From positions 19,282,001 to 19,346,000 of the forward strand of contig NC_135901.1 in assembly GCF_964194155.1 (NCBI RefSeq): a stretch of DNA of 64,000 bases, written 5' to 3'. The notes under the pieces were generated by a model. That model was not told where the DNA came from. It worked only from the letters and a program-made list of their open reading frames with translations, and made no database searches. The position numbers were made by a program, and so were the translations under genes. This DNA is from Cetorhinus maximus. Taxonomy: Eukaryota. Below, piece after piece: positions 47,869-61,068 of this stretch (position 1 is its first letter; each line of letters opens with the position of its first letter).

Positions 47869-49349
47869 GTTCAAAATCCAATGATGTTCAGTTTATTATG
47901 AATTGGACAACTTCATCAGATCCTGCTTTGATGTTTGGTTTCAGTTTCCTGACTGCAAATCCACCCTTCTAATATCCTGTGAAATTGATTTAAAACAGAA
48001 AAAATGGACTGAGAGAGACCCCACAAAAACACAAAGGCAGGTTGTGAAATTGAGCTGAATGAATCTGGTAATTTGTGGGGCCAGCACCAGGAAAAAGTGA
48101 TCATGAAAACCGCTGGATTGTTGTAAAAACCCAACTGGTCCAATAATGTCCTTTAGGGAAGGAAATCTGTCATCCTTACCTGGTCTGGTCGACATGTGAC
48201 TCCAGATTCACAGCAATGTGATTGACTCTTAAATGCCCTCTGAAAAAAGGGAAAATAGGTATGGGCAATGAATGCTGGCCAATCCAGCAACACCCATAAC
48301 CCATGAATGAATATTATAAAAAGAAAACTGCAGCTGCTGGAAATCTAAAATGAAAAGAGAAAATGCTGGAAGTACGCAGCACGTCAGGAAGTATCTGTGG
48401 AGAGAGCAACAGAGTTAATGTTTCAGGCTGTGCAGAATGAACTATGGGGAATAAAATTTGATGGTCAATAAAAGCTCAGAAGCAAGAGATAAATGGACTA
48501 TGATGCAGGAAAAAAAAACAATTCCTGACTATAGAAGATACCGTGGAAAGATAAAGCTGGTCAGGTCAGGGATGGGCAGCAGTGGAAACCTCATTTAGAC
48601 ACAGTCAGTGGAAAGAACAGTAAAATGCTAAACACAGCTAAAATATACTCATTATTAGAGACAAAGGAGATTAGACAATGGCAGGGAGGTGATCAGGGAG
48701 GGCAGAGGTGAAACAGAGCAATGGATGGACATGGATTCAGGACCCACACCAGCCCCAGAGCCATAGAACCTCTCACAGGGTAAAGAGCATAGCATTATAA
48801 GCTCTAAATTTTAGATGAATGCTCAAAAATACTCACCTCCAAAACAATTCCACCGCTTTCAATTTGAAAATCTCCTGCTGGAGCCTGCAGCTGGAAAGAT
48901 ATCAGAAGCACTGGAGTCAGAGAAAAATCTCCCAGTTGAGGAAATACCCGGGGAGTGGGGTGATGTCACTGAGCAATTGTCCGTGTGTGATGACATCACA
49001 GACACGAACACAGAACATCTGGGTCTGTGCAAACCAGTGATCACCACACATTATGAAGGATGTGAGGGCCCTTGAGAGGGTGCAGAGGAGATTTACCAGA
49101 ATGGTTCCAGGGATGAGGGATTTTAGCTGCAAGGTTAGGTTGGAGAAACTGGGGTTTTTCTCCTTGGAGCAAAGGAGATTGAGGGGAGGTTTGATGGAGG
49201 TGTACAAATTTATCATAGATTTAAATAAGGTAGGTAAAGAAAAGCTGTTCCCTTTATCTGATTGTAAAATGATTACAGGACACAGATTTAAGATTTTGGC
49301 AAGAGTTACAGGGGAATGTGAGGAAGAACTTATTTTTACACAGTGAGTG

Positions 49350-49462
49350 ATAAAGCCTAAACTCAAAGGCCGATAATATCCAGGTCCTGATGAATCGGGT
49401 CTGCTCTGAATGTGATGTTTGGTTTGACTTTCCCGTCCGTAAATCCTCCCCTTCTCACCCCC
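49350..49462 (-). pseudogene. Truncated B-type ZNF leader exon between the promoter and ZNF A6
   Basis: TTTTACAG|GGGGTGAGAAGGGGAGGATTTACGG...CAAACCAAACATCAC on the minus strand. Confidence 0.7.
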
Positions 49463-49589
49463 TGTAAAAGGAGTTTCCAAAACCCATCAGTGTCAGTCCA
49501 GGATAGAAATTCACACCATTCTCTCCTCCTGCTCCAGGATCAGTAAAGTGAGTTAAAGGTGATTTCTCACTAACAAACCCATTGCTGCA

Positions 49590-50060
49590 TTTCCTTCATT
49601 AACCCACATTTGTCCACTCGGGCCTGGCACCGGGAGAAAGCCCGCAGCTGCCGTTCCGTTCGGTGCAAAGGCGGGCCCGGTACTTTCTTACTGGGGGTGT
49701 TGAGGCCTCCACTGGGTGTTTGTGAAGCCTCCCCTCCCACCCACTGCCCCCAACGCTGCCTCCGATTATCCGCCTCCTTCCCGCCTGAAGATGAGACAAA
49801 CAAGCGTCTGTCCATGGACATCACCCGCACGGCGCATGCTCCAGATCACAATCTCGGGGAATGATTGACGGCAGCTCCGCACCAATGGGAAAAGGGGGCG
49901 GGACTGGAGGACCAAGCTGGGAGCGACTGGTCCTCAAACCAATCAGAGTGAATGAGGGGCGTGGCTGAGCCCGGGTCTCCTTCATTGGCTGAAATTCTGC
50001 ATCATTTTGAAAGCTGATTTGTCTCAAACTCTAGGAGAAAACTGGACCTTTCTGTTTGTG
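49590..50060. promoter_or_regulatory. CpG-island promoter upstream of ZNF A6; paralog of 16300-16660
   Basis: GCGCATGC, CCAAT..GGGGGCGGGACTGGAG and CCAATCAGAGTGAATGAGGGGCG shared with the 16.5-kb promoter. Confidence 0.8.
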
Positions 50061-50276
50061 GCTTTAAACAGATGAAACCCTGTGGATGTGGAGCAAACAT
50101 TTCAACATTTGTTAGTGAACTGTGGGAACATGATGAAACAATGTACAAACAATTCAAGGGCTGATTTAAATAATTAACTGGGCAGAGAGGGAATGTCACC
50201 ATTAGAAAAAGGAGAGTCCCTGGTTTCAAGAAATTAACTGGCAGAAGAGTTAGAGCAGGTTAGGGAGAAGGTTAAA

Positions 50277-50322
50277 AACAAAAAGCTAAAAGCTACTGCG
50301 GATGCTGGAAATCCAAAGATTT
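50277..50322 (-). mobile_element. 46-bp PLE 3'-terminal micro-insertion with 14-bp TSD
   Basis: GGGAGAAGGTTAAA at 50263-50276 and 50323-50336; the insert matches 60574-60614. Confidence 0.85.
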
Positions 50323-50499
50323 GGGAGAAGGTTAAATCGGGTTCAAAGGGGTTAAATGATATATGTTTTCTAGGCTGGACAATCATTCAAATCTGAGACT
50401 CAGGTGAGGCTTTGGATTGGTGTTAGGTGAGATGATCTGGTGTATTACAATCAGACTCACAGACTCACTCTTTTTCAGAGCCATTCAGACTCGAACAGT

Positions 50500-52880
50500 T
50501 AAGACTATAAGATGTCGGAACAGAAGTAGGATTTTTGGCCCATTGAGTCTGCTTTACTATTCAATGAGAACATGGCTGCTCTGAAAATCCTCAACTCCAC
50601 TTCCCTGTCTTTTCCCCATAATCCTTGCTTCCCTTACTGATTAAAAATCTGTCTATCTCAACCTTGAATATACTTAATGACCCAGCCTCTACAGCCCTCT
50701 GCAGTAAAGAATTCCACAGATTGAATACCCTCTGAGAGAAGAAATTTCTCCTCATCTCCGTTTTAAATGGGCACCCCCTCACTCTGAGATTATGTCTTCT
50801 GGTCCTAGACTCTCTCACAAGGGAAAAAAAACCTTTCAGTATCTACCCTGTCCAGCCCCAGAAGAATCTTATATGTTTCAATAAGGTTGCCTCTCATTCT
50901 TCTAAACTCCAATGAGTACAGGCCCAACCTACTCAACCTCTCCTCATAAGAAAATCCCTCCATCCCCAAGATCAACCTCGTGAACCTTCCCTGGACTGCC
51001 TCCAATTCCAGTATATCTTTCCTTAGATAAGGGGTCCAGAATTGTTCACAGTATTCTGGGTGTGGTCTAACCAGTGCCTTGTATAGCTTTAGCAAGACTT
51101 CCCTATTTTTATACTCCATTCCCTTTGAAATAAAAGCCAACATTCCATTTGCCTTCCCTGTTACTGTTGAACTTGTATGTTAGCATTTTGGGATTCATGC
51201 ACAAGGACTCCAAAATCCCTCTGTGCTGCAGCCTTCTGCAGTCTTTCTCCATTTAAATAATATTCAGCTCCTCTATTCTTCCTGCCAATGTGCATAACCT
51301 CACATTTTCCCACATTATATTCCATATGCCAAGTTTTTGCTCACTCACTTAACCTGTCCATGTCCCTCTGTAGACTCTTTGTGTCATCCTCACCACTTGC
51401 CACCCCACCTAATTTTTGTGTCATCCACACGCTTGGTGATAGTACATTCACTTCCCTCATCTAAGTCATTAATATATATTGTAAATAATTGTGGCCCCAG
51501 CACTGATCCCTATGGCACTCCACTAGTTACATGTGGCCATCCTGAAAATGCCCCTGTATCCCAATTCTTTGTCTTCTATTAGTTAGCCAATTCTCTATCC
51601 ATGCTGATATACTTCCCCCAACACCTTGGGTTTTTATCTTATTAAGTGGCCTCATGTGCGGTACCTTATTGAATGCCTTTTGGAAATCCAAATATATTAC
51701 ATCTACTGGTTCCCCTTTATCTATTCTGCTTGTTACCCCTCAAAGAATTCAAATGAATTTGTTAGGCATGGGAAAGTTTTAAAAACCAACAAAAGATGAC
51801 CAAAAAAAAAATAAAGAGGGAGAAAATAAACTTTTAGGCATGACATCCCCTTCATGAATCCTTGCTGACTCTGCTTGATTAGATTGTGTATTTCTAAATG
51901 CTCTGCTATTACATCCCAATGACAGATGTTAAGCTAACTGGCCTATAGTTGCCTGTTTTTTGTCTCCCTCCCTTTTTGAATAAGGGTGTTACATTAGCTG
52001 TTCTCCAATCCTCTTTGACTTTTCCAGAATCAAAGGATTCTTGGAAGATTACTACCAGCGCATCCACTATCTCTGTAGCTACTTCCTTTAATATCCTAAG
52101 ATGCAACCCATCAGGTTCTTATTGGCCTTTAGCCCCATTAGTACTTTTTCTCGAGTGATAGTTATTGTATTTATTTCCTCCCCGCTTTTGCCCTTTGATT
52201 ATTTGGTATTTTTGGAATGCTATTAGTATCTTCTACCATGAAGACTGAAGCAAATATTTATTCAACTCCATTGCCATTTCCTGGTTCCCCATTATTATTT
52301 CCCCAGCCTCATTCTGTAAGTGGTCTATGTTCATTTTGTCCTCTCTCTTCCTTTTTATATATTTAAAGAAGCTCTTACTGTCCATTTTTATATTTCTTGC
52401 TAGTTTATCCTCAAAGTTTATTTTCTCCCTCTTTATTTTTTTTTGGTCATCTTTTGTTGGTTTTTAAAACTTTCCCAATCCTCTGGCTTACCATCAATCT
52501 TTGCCATATTTTATGTTTTTTCTTTCAATTTGATACTGTCCTTAACTTCCTTGATTAACCATGGTTGGTTTATCCCCTTCCTTGAATCGTTCTTCTTCAC
52601 TGGGATATATCTTTGTTGTGAGTCATGAAGTATTTTCTTAAATGTCTGCCATTGTTCAACAATCGTCTTTTCTGCTAAAGTGCTTCCCCAGTCCACTCCA
52701 GCCAACTATGCCCCCATTCCATTGTAATTACCCTTATTTGAGTTTAGCACAGTTGCTTCCAACCTAAGTTTCTCACTCTCAAACTGAATGCTAAATTCTA
52801 CCATATTATGGTCAGTTTCCTAGGGAATCCTTTATTCTGAAATCATTTATTCAACCTGCCTCATTACACATTACCAGATC
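50500..52880 (-). mobile_element. CR1 LINE ORF2, about 2.4 kb, degraded
   Basis: DWRTANVTPLFKKG..NYRPVSLTS, LYKALVRPHPEYC and FFSQRVFNLWNSL. Confidence 0.9.
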
Positions 52881-53174
52881 CAAACTCTGTTTCTCTCTCC
52901 ACAGATGATGTCAGACCTGCTGAGTTTTTCCAGCTTTTTCTGTTTTTATTTCAGATTACCAGAACCCGCAGTATTTTTCTTTTATAATAGTATTTCAGAA
53001 CTGATTCTTGTGATAGCAGCAATTCTATCACTATCTGTTGGTAAAACTGATGGAGTATTTCAAGTGGAGAGCATAGGCGTGTTGGAGGGTGATGCATGCA
53101 AGGAATTTATGAACTATCTGAGGATAATAGTGAGGGGAAAGGAAGGGATCTGTAAAACAGCTAAGGAGAAGCAG

Positions 53175-53400
53175 CACACATACACACCAACACACAAATA
53201 TCCACATGCACCTTCTCTCTCTCTCTCACTCACACCACCAACAACTCCGCCCCTCCCCCCCCCCCCGCCCCGTGCCCTCCCCACACAGACGCAGTCAGAT
53301 ACCCCCCCCCCCCCCCATACACACACACACACATACAGACATTCCCCCATACACACACACAAACTCATGGACACACCCACACAAACAGACACACACTTCC
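53175..53400. repeat. (CA)n / (CT)n / poly-C low-complexity tract
   Basis: Direct inspection. Confidence 0.9.
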
Positions 53401-54586
53401 TGTCCTATTGGATGGATAACACCAACTAATCTGACTAACACTGGGGATAAAGCATTGGTCTATAAGGACCACAATGTTCAACAAACTCAAGTAAACATTA
53501 CCCTGCAGAAACTGCGAGCAGCTTTGACCATCCAATTCCACCCTTTCACTGAATGTTAAACCTACATTGAACAACATCTGGGACAGAGACAACAACAAGC
53601 CTTGAACAATGAGCTGTCCATTGCCACCTTGGGTGATCGCCTTGGTGGGAGATAAAATGCAGCTCAGCCCCATCCCTCATTCACTCTGATTGATTAGAGG
53701 ACCAACTGCTTCCACTCGGTCCTCCTACCCTACCCCTTCTCCCTATTGGTCCAGAGGTACCCGGGGATTTGGAGTGTTTGTGAATGAAGGTGAAATAACT
53801 CATTACCTTTGGGAGGTTAGTTTGTGTGAACAAGTATCTCCCTGATTTTACTGAGACTCTTTTCCATGTCCCAGCTCCTTTGGATACTGACTGGAAAGGG
53901 GCTGGACTCTCAACAGGCTCCACACCACTGACTGCTCAGGTGTTAGTGTTCTCCCATCAGATTAATGTGCCAGGAGGAGCTAGCATAAATGAAATGGAGA
54001 GAAACACAAGAGTCCGCAGCCCAACACCACATAGAGCAGGTTCACACACCCCAGGCTCGCTGGGTCATGGCAACACACAATTAATGATCAAAAGGAGAGC
54101 ACCCAGAAAACTATCAACACCTCACTCATTCTTTAAGGGACAATATAAAGGACCCGACACTAGTTATTTTGCAGTTAGAGTAGCAGACACAGCTTCACCC
54201 TTCCCTATATTATATTTTTGGCAGTTAAAGGCTTGTAAAATTGTGGTGGATATTTGAATGGTCAGCATGTAGGAAACACAAATCAATTAAGTAGGGGATT
54301 CTTAGAAAAGCGCTGCAGGTCCTTAATCTGGCGATCTAAATGCAGTGTAATTGTAACAACAATGAACAGGTTCCTGTGATTTCCTCCATCTGATATTTTA
54401 TCACAAACTTTAACCAATTTGTTTGAGGCAGGTTTCTATTAAGTGAATTTTCATCTGTCTAAAATGTTAGTCTCTGGACTGTCACAGAAACATCTTAAAT
54501 CTTTACAGAATTAAGAGCCATTTTTTAGGCTGGGAACTTAAAGCTGCCGTTTCACTTTCAGTTAGGAACAGATCACAATTTCACAG

Positions 54587-55041
54587 TGAAAGGGTTAAAC
54601 AGTTTTAGAAGTGTCTTTTAGTAAAAAATAAAATATAAGCAGAAAAGCAGAACGGGAGAATAGCAGATGTGCTTTAGACGGGATAAGGTATGAGATAAAC
54701 AAACTATTAGAACAAAGGACAAGGCCAGGGAATGGATGTTGAAATCAAGGAGGCCCAGACTCCAATACAATCAGCAAGATATGGTGGTCTTGCATGGATT
54801 AGAACAATGTTTAATGTATGTACACATCGGAAATATGTAACTGAGACCAGAGAAGTGTGTGATTGTAAATTGATAAGATTAGAAAATGTGTACATGACTC
54901 AAGGTGTATATAAGGAGAGAACACTGGTAACTTTTTAGAGTACAGTCTTGGACTGCTTAAGATGTCTCTCCATGTGTACGGTTGAATAATAAAGGATCAA
55001 AACCTGTATGTGAGTCTTCTGGTTTGTTGAAACAAACTACA
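54587..55041 (+). mobile_element. Solo LTR, 455 bp
   Basis: TG...CA ends, TATATAAG at about 54907, AATAAA at 54988; absent from the paralogous segment at 22020-22070. Confidence 0.65.
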
Positions 55042-55499
55042 ATACCAATCTATGATTTGACAGCACGTTTCCAGCATTCACCCTTGTTCTTCTTGAATCT
55101 AAAGGAGCCTTCTGTTCCATTTCTAGGGGCTCTGAACCATGGAAGAGAGCAGCTGGGACACATTTTTTACACACCTCAGGACTCACCCACCTGGGGAGGT
55201 TATTGTCAGTGAAGGGAGATGAAAAAGACCAAAATGTCATTTGTCCCTCTCAGTGTGACCCTGAGGGACTGTGTCCAGGCTGAAGTTCTGTTCCTGCCGT
55301 ACGATCCTCCCCCAGGTTGTCCTTTCTGAGCTCCAACCAGGTGATGTTAAACACTCAGGTGGGAAAGACAAAAATCAACAACTATGTCTTTTAAACAAAG
55401 CTAGATTCAAATACATTTATCCAGAATATTAATAACACTACAATGCGGCTGGAATATGACATCAACAGAAACAAACCACAACTGCCAGGTTGAATATGG

Positions 55500-56459
55500 T
55501 TCAGCCTGGATGTGATTAACACCATCAATAACAGCAGAGTGCAATTCCTGCAGTCTCTTGTGACCTCGCTGGTGTCTCAGCAGATTGGATGACTGAGTGA
55601 ATCCCTTCCCACACTCAGAGCAGATGAATGGCCTTTCCCCAGTGTGAGTGGCTTCGTGCCTCAGCAGATCCTTTTTGCTTTTAAAGCTCTTCTCACAGTC
55701 AGAACATTGAAAAGGTCTCTGATCAGTGTGAACAAGCTGATGTTTACTAAGCTGTGATGACTGAGTGAATCCCTTCCCTCAAAAGGAGCAGATGAATGGC
55801 CTCTCCCCAGTGTGAACTCGCTGATGTACAATGAGATCAGATGATCGCCTGAACCCAGTTACACAGTGAGAGCACCTGAAAGGTCTCTCATCAGTGTGGA
55901 CACGTTGATGGAACATCAGTTCCCCAGAACTTTTATAGCACTTCTCGCAGTCTGCGCAATTAAAAGGTCTCTCATCAGTGTGAACTCGCTGGTGTTTCAG
56001 CAGGTTGGAAGATCCCCAAAATCTCTTCCCACAGTGAGAGCAGCTGAACGGTGTGGAACCAACGTGAATTCGCTGGTACTCCCTCAGTGTTGAAGGGTGT
56101 TTGAAGCTGTTTTCACAGTCACAACATTTAAACTTTCGCCGGTATGAACCAGCACGAGAGAGAAATCAGTGAATCCCTTCCCACACACCGAGCAGGTGAA
56201 TGGCCTCTCCACAGTGTGAATTCTCTGGTGTTCCAGTAGGGTGGATTACCGAGTAAATCCTTTCCCACTCATGGAGCAAGTGAATGGTCTCTCTCCAGTG
56301 TGACTGCACTGATGAATCTCCAGCTCATATGGGTAATTGAATCCCTTCCCACAGTCTGTACATTGACATGGTTTCTCATCGGTGTGACTCCGCTTGTGTC
56401 TCGACAGACCGGAGTGTGTGCGGTTTCTCTCCACTGTGAATGATGCTTTCTCCTTCCAT
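55500..56459 (-). pseudogene. C2H2 zinc-finger pseudogene A7
   Basis: About 10-11 finger units with several frameshifts and stops; AACATGG start at 56459. Confidence 0.85.
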
Positions 56460-57499
56460 GTTCAAAGTCCAACTCAGGTGCCAATGAATCAAGTAATTCC
56501 ACCAGATCGTGATGTGGTGTTTGATTTGATCTTCCTGTTTGTAAATCCTCCCCTTGTAATAGCATGTAAAATGAATTTAAAACAGGAAATAGAGAATGAG
56601 AGTGAACCCACAAAAACACAAAGGCAGGTTGTAAAATTGAGCTGAATGAATCTGGGACTTTGTGAGGTGAGCACCAGGAAAAAATGACCATGAAAAGCTG
56701 CCAGGTTGTCACAGAAACCTGACTGGTTCACTAATGTCCTTCAGGAAAGGGAACCCACCACCCAGTCTGAGCCTACACGAGACTCTGGCCTGTATAACAG
56801 GAGAGACAGAGGTGGGAAGGGGAAGCAGGAGATTTGGAGGGATTTTATATACCTACATCTCAACCAGAACTTTGACAGAATCTCCCAATCCACAACTTCC
56901 AGCACCTCGAAAGACAAGTGAAGCAGGTACCTGGGAAACCATTGAGTCCAGTTGCCTTCCCAGTCACACACTATCCTGACTTGGGTATATTTCACTGTTC
57001 CTTCCTGATGCTGGATGAATATCCTGTAACTCATTGCCTAACACCATTGTAGGAGCACCATCGCTACACAGGCTGCAGCAGTTCAAGAAGCTACCCAAAC
57101 CATAATGTTGAGGACTGACAATCAATGTTAGCCTTGTTAACGATGCTCACATCCCCAGAATGAATTTAAGACTCTATAATTGTCAAGCGGATTAAAAACC
57201 TTTATTAAAATCCTTGTTCCTTAAACAGTCTCTTTGAGACTGTCCGGACAGTGTCTGTTGGACAACCAAATCTCCCCTAGTCTCTCCCTCCCTGACAGTC
57301 TCACGTCAGAAATTGTTGGGCTGAGGGAGATTCATATTGGACTCGAATCGTTAACTCTGTTTCTCTTTCCACAGATGCTGCCAGACTTGCTGAGCTTTTC
57401 CAGCGCTTTCTGTTTTTATTTCCAATCTCCAGGAATATTCTGTTTTTATTTGAGATTCTCCTCCATCTCCAGTTCAAACTGATGCAACAAAAAGACCTG

Positions 57500-58150
57500 A
57501 ACAGGAGACCAGGGACTGAATTCCTCATCAACACCCGCCCTGAAATAAACCGGCTCTTTCACTGCTCCGAATGTGTTTCCAGACTCGGTTCTGCGAGCAA
57601 CGCCCGCAATAAAACAAATTAAAATGCTGCGGATGGGGGAGGCGCTGCACCATTGCTTTAATGGTCCCGCCCTCCTCTCCCGTCCGCCCGGCTCCCGGCC
57701 GCTTTCATTCAACCTCCGAGAGCCGCACTCGCTCTCACTGAGGCTGCGCTCCAATCCGCTCAGCTTGGAGCCGCACCGCGCATGCTCCTTACAGACGGAT
57801 GGGGACTTCCCGCGTCTGCGCGTTACAGACCTTCTGATTGAGATAGGCCGTATTCACCGGCGCTGAGCATTCTGGATTGGACCGTTCGCCATCATTAGCG
57901 AGATCTCTGCAGGCTGAGAGCTCCATTCCAATACTTTTGACACAGTTCGACATTTGCTTGGAGCGGGACAGGAGCAGAGATGTTTTTCTTGGTGACAGGC
58001 CGAGGTTGCCATCCTAACTGGGGCAATCTGCAGCAAGGCGCGTGCGCGGCCGCCAAATTAAAGGGGTGATGTGCGACATGGCGCATGCGCAGTCATGCCG
58101 GAACAGGAAGCCGGAAGAGAGAACGTTGTGACTTTCTTTCCGGGACCGAG
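57500..58150. promoter_or_regulatory. CpG-island promoter between ZNF A7 (-) and a plus-strand leader exon
   Basis: GCGCATGCGC at 58081, ETS CCGGAAG at 58111, GCGCATGC at about 57778, GC box. Confidence 0.8.
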
Positions 58151-58169
58151 AGTGAAATTCCTTTGAAAC

Positions 58170-58340
58170 TCGAGAAGGGGAGGATTTACTAACGGGAACC
58201 TTGAACCAAACATCACGTCGTGATCTGAGAGTCACTCGATTCATCAGGATATGAATAATATCGGCCTTTGAATGTGGAAGGTAAAATGTTTTGTCTGTTC
58301 TGTGTGTGGGAAAAGATTTCAGATATCAGGGTGACTGGGA
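58170..58340 (+). pseudogene. Truncated B-type ZNF leader copy
   Basis: GAAGGGGAGGATTTAC...AACCAAACATCAC...GGCCTTTGAATGTGGAAGG...GTGACTGG. Confidence 0.7.
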
Positions 58341-60678
58341 ATCTTTTAACGGGTTTTCCATGTTACGTTTGAGACTAATTACATCGATCTCATTGGGAAA
58401 GTTAAAGAATTTGGTGTTGTACTACGATGTATGCAGGCAAATTAACTCGTGTGCTGAAATAACTATATTAGCATACTTGGCAGCTAAATGGGTGGATCAT
58501 TGACCTGTGTTATTATTGAGAGTTACTATCCCAGTTTTGGTTAAAGTTTGTTACTCACGTTGCATTTCATTCAGCCCGTTGTGCCCACGATGACCAACTA
58601 GTAGTCATCCAGCCTAATTCCAATTTTCAGATCTTGCACTGTAGCCTTGTAGGAAAGTGTACATCCAAATACTTTTTAAATGTTATGAGGGTTTCTGTGT
58701 CTACATTCCTTTCAGGCAGTGGGTTACAGACCTCCACCACCCTCTGGGTGAACAGTAAATCCCTTGAATCCCTAAACCTCCTACTACTCCTAAATCCACA
58801 CCCGTAGTTATGGGCCCCTCAACCATGGGGAATAGTGCCCTTTTAAGATAGATAGGTTTTTGATTGGTATGGGGATCAAAGGTTACGGGGAGAAGGCGGG
58901 AGAATGGGGTTGAGAAACTTATCAGCCATGATTGAATGGCGGAGCAGACTCGATGGGCCGAATGGCCTAATTTCTGCTCCTATGTCTTATGGTCTCTTAT
59001 GGTCTTATTCAATCTATCTAGACCCCTCATAATTTTATACATTTCATTTCAGTCTCCACTCAGCCTAGCCTCTGTTCCAAAGAAAACAATTCCAGCCTAT
59101 CCAATCTTTCCTCATAACTAACATTCTCCATCTTCTTAAATCTCTTTTGTACTCTCTCTGGTGCGATCACATCCTTCTTGTACTGTACACAGTACTCTAG
59201 CTGTGGCTAAACTAGTGTTTTATACAGTTCTAGCAGAATGCCCCTGTTCTTATATTCTGTGCCTTGGCTAATAGAGGTAATTATCCTTTATGCCTTCTTA
59301 ATCACCTTATCTACCTGTCCTGTTAACTTCAGGGATCTGTGGACATGCACTCCAAGATCTCTCTGTTCCTCTACAATTCTTGGTCTCCTGCCACTTATCA
59401 TGTGATCTTTTACCTTGTTTTCCCTACAATTTTCATCCTTATTGTCAACCACGGCAATTTTTTGTATCATACGAACATATGAAGTAGGAGCAGGAGTAGG
59501 CCACTTGCCCTCGAGCCTGTTCCACTATTTAATAAGATCATGGCTGATCTCATTGTAACCTCAGCTCCACATTCCTGCCTACCGCCAAAAACCTTTAACC
59601 CCCTTGTTATTCAAGAATCTATCTAGCTCATCTGCAAATTTCTTATTCATGACCCATATATTTAAGTCTGAATCAGTGATAGAAGCCGGGAATGAGCGAC
59701 CCAGTACTGAGCCAGTACTGTTATTTCCACAAACTGTGTCAAAATGAGGTTTCCACTGTTGCCCACTCCCCGGCTATTTACTGCTGATTTACCAGCTTTA
59801 ACTTCCCATACTTAGGAATTGTTTTTCCTGCACTAGAGATAATTTCTTTTCCATTTCTGAGCTTATATTGACCATCTAATTCTGCTCCATTTTTATTCCC
59901 CATAATTCATTCCGTACGTCCCGAAATGTTAACTCTGATTCTCTCTCCGCAGTTAATGCCTGACCTGCTGAGTGTTTTCAGCGTTTGCTCTTTTTACTTC
60001 AGATTTCTAGCAACTGCATTATTTTTTGCTTTTGTTTTATTGCAGACGTTGCTCATAGAATCAAGTCTAGAAACAGAAATGGTCCAGTTGAGAGCCAGTT
60101 TATATTGGAGTGCTGGCAGAGGTTGGTCCCTGGCCTCCTGTTTCATGTAGTCATAGAATGATCACAATACAGAAGGAGGCCATTTATCCCATCATGCCTG
60201 TGCTAGCTCTCTGCAACAGCAAACCAGCTAGTCTCACTCCCCTGTCCTTTTCTCATAGTCCAGCAGTTTTTCTTTCTCTCCAGGGTGTTGCTCAATTCCC
60301 TTTGCTTTGATGTATTAGTTTGAGCTGGAGTGGAGATGGAAGAGAAGCTGCTGGGTTTAACCCTGAGGAATTTGGAACCGAGTCGGGACCGACAATTTCA
60401 GATGTGACACTGAAATTGACAGACACTGTCCGTACACAGTAAAAGGATATTGTTTTAGGAACAAGTATTTCTGTAGATGCTTTTACTCTATTTCACATGC
60501 GCATATTTTAAAAATTTATACTTGGGATTTGGGCGTCATTAACAAGACCGGCAACATATATTTCCAATATAAAAACAAAAAGCTAAAAGCTACTGCGGAT
60601 GCTGGAAATCCAAAACAAAATAAAAACAGAATTACCTGGAAAAACTCAGCAAGTCTGGCAGCATCGGCGGAGAAGAAA

Positions 60679-60721
60679 TCAGTCAACGTTTCGAGCCCTC
60701 ATGGCCCTTCGGCAGAACTGA
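60679..60721 (-). ncRNA. Hammerhead-like motif, left arm
   Basis: Mirror of 63469-63511. Confidence 0.5.
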
Positions 60722-61068
60722 AGCATAGTTTCAACAAGGGAGAAATATAAATTGGTTTAAGGTGGGTGGGGGGGAAGAGACACATTGAGGGTGTGGTGTG
60801 AGCAGATAATCAAAAGATGTCAGAGACAAAAGGGTCAAAGAGGTGTTGAAGGTGGTGGTCTTTGTCTGAGAAAAGTGCTAATTAAGAATGGAAGACAGGA
60901 TATTCAAAGTACAGCTCTAGTGGGGGTGGGGTGGAAAGACTAAAGGTTTTAGTTTTAGATTTAAAAATAATGGAAATAGGTGGGGAAAGAAGAATCTATA
61001 TAAATTATTGAAAAAAAAGGCGGGTGGGGGGGGAAAAGAAACGGGGTGGGGATGGGGGGAGGGGGAGT

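Noticed and set aside
52905-53559. Pro/Thr/His-rich ORFs
   Set aside because: They arise from CA/C microsatellite sequence and a PLE tail.
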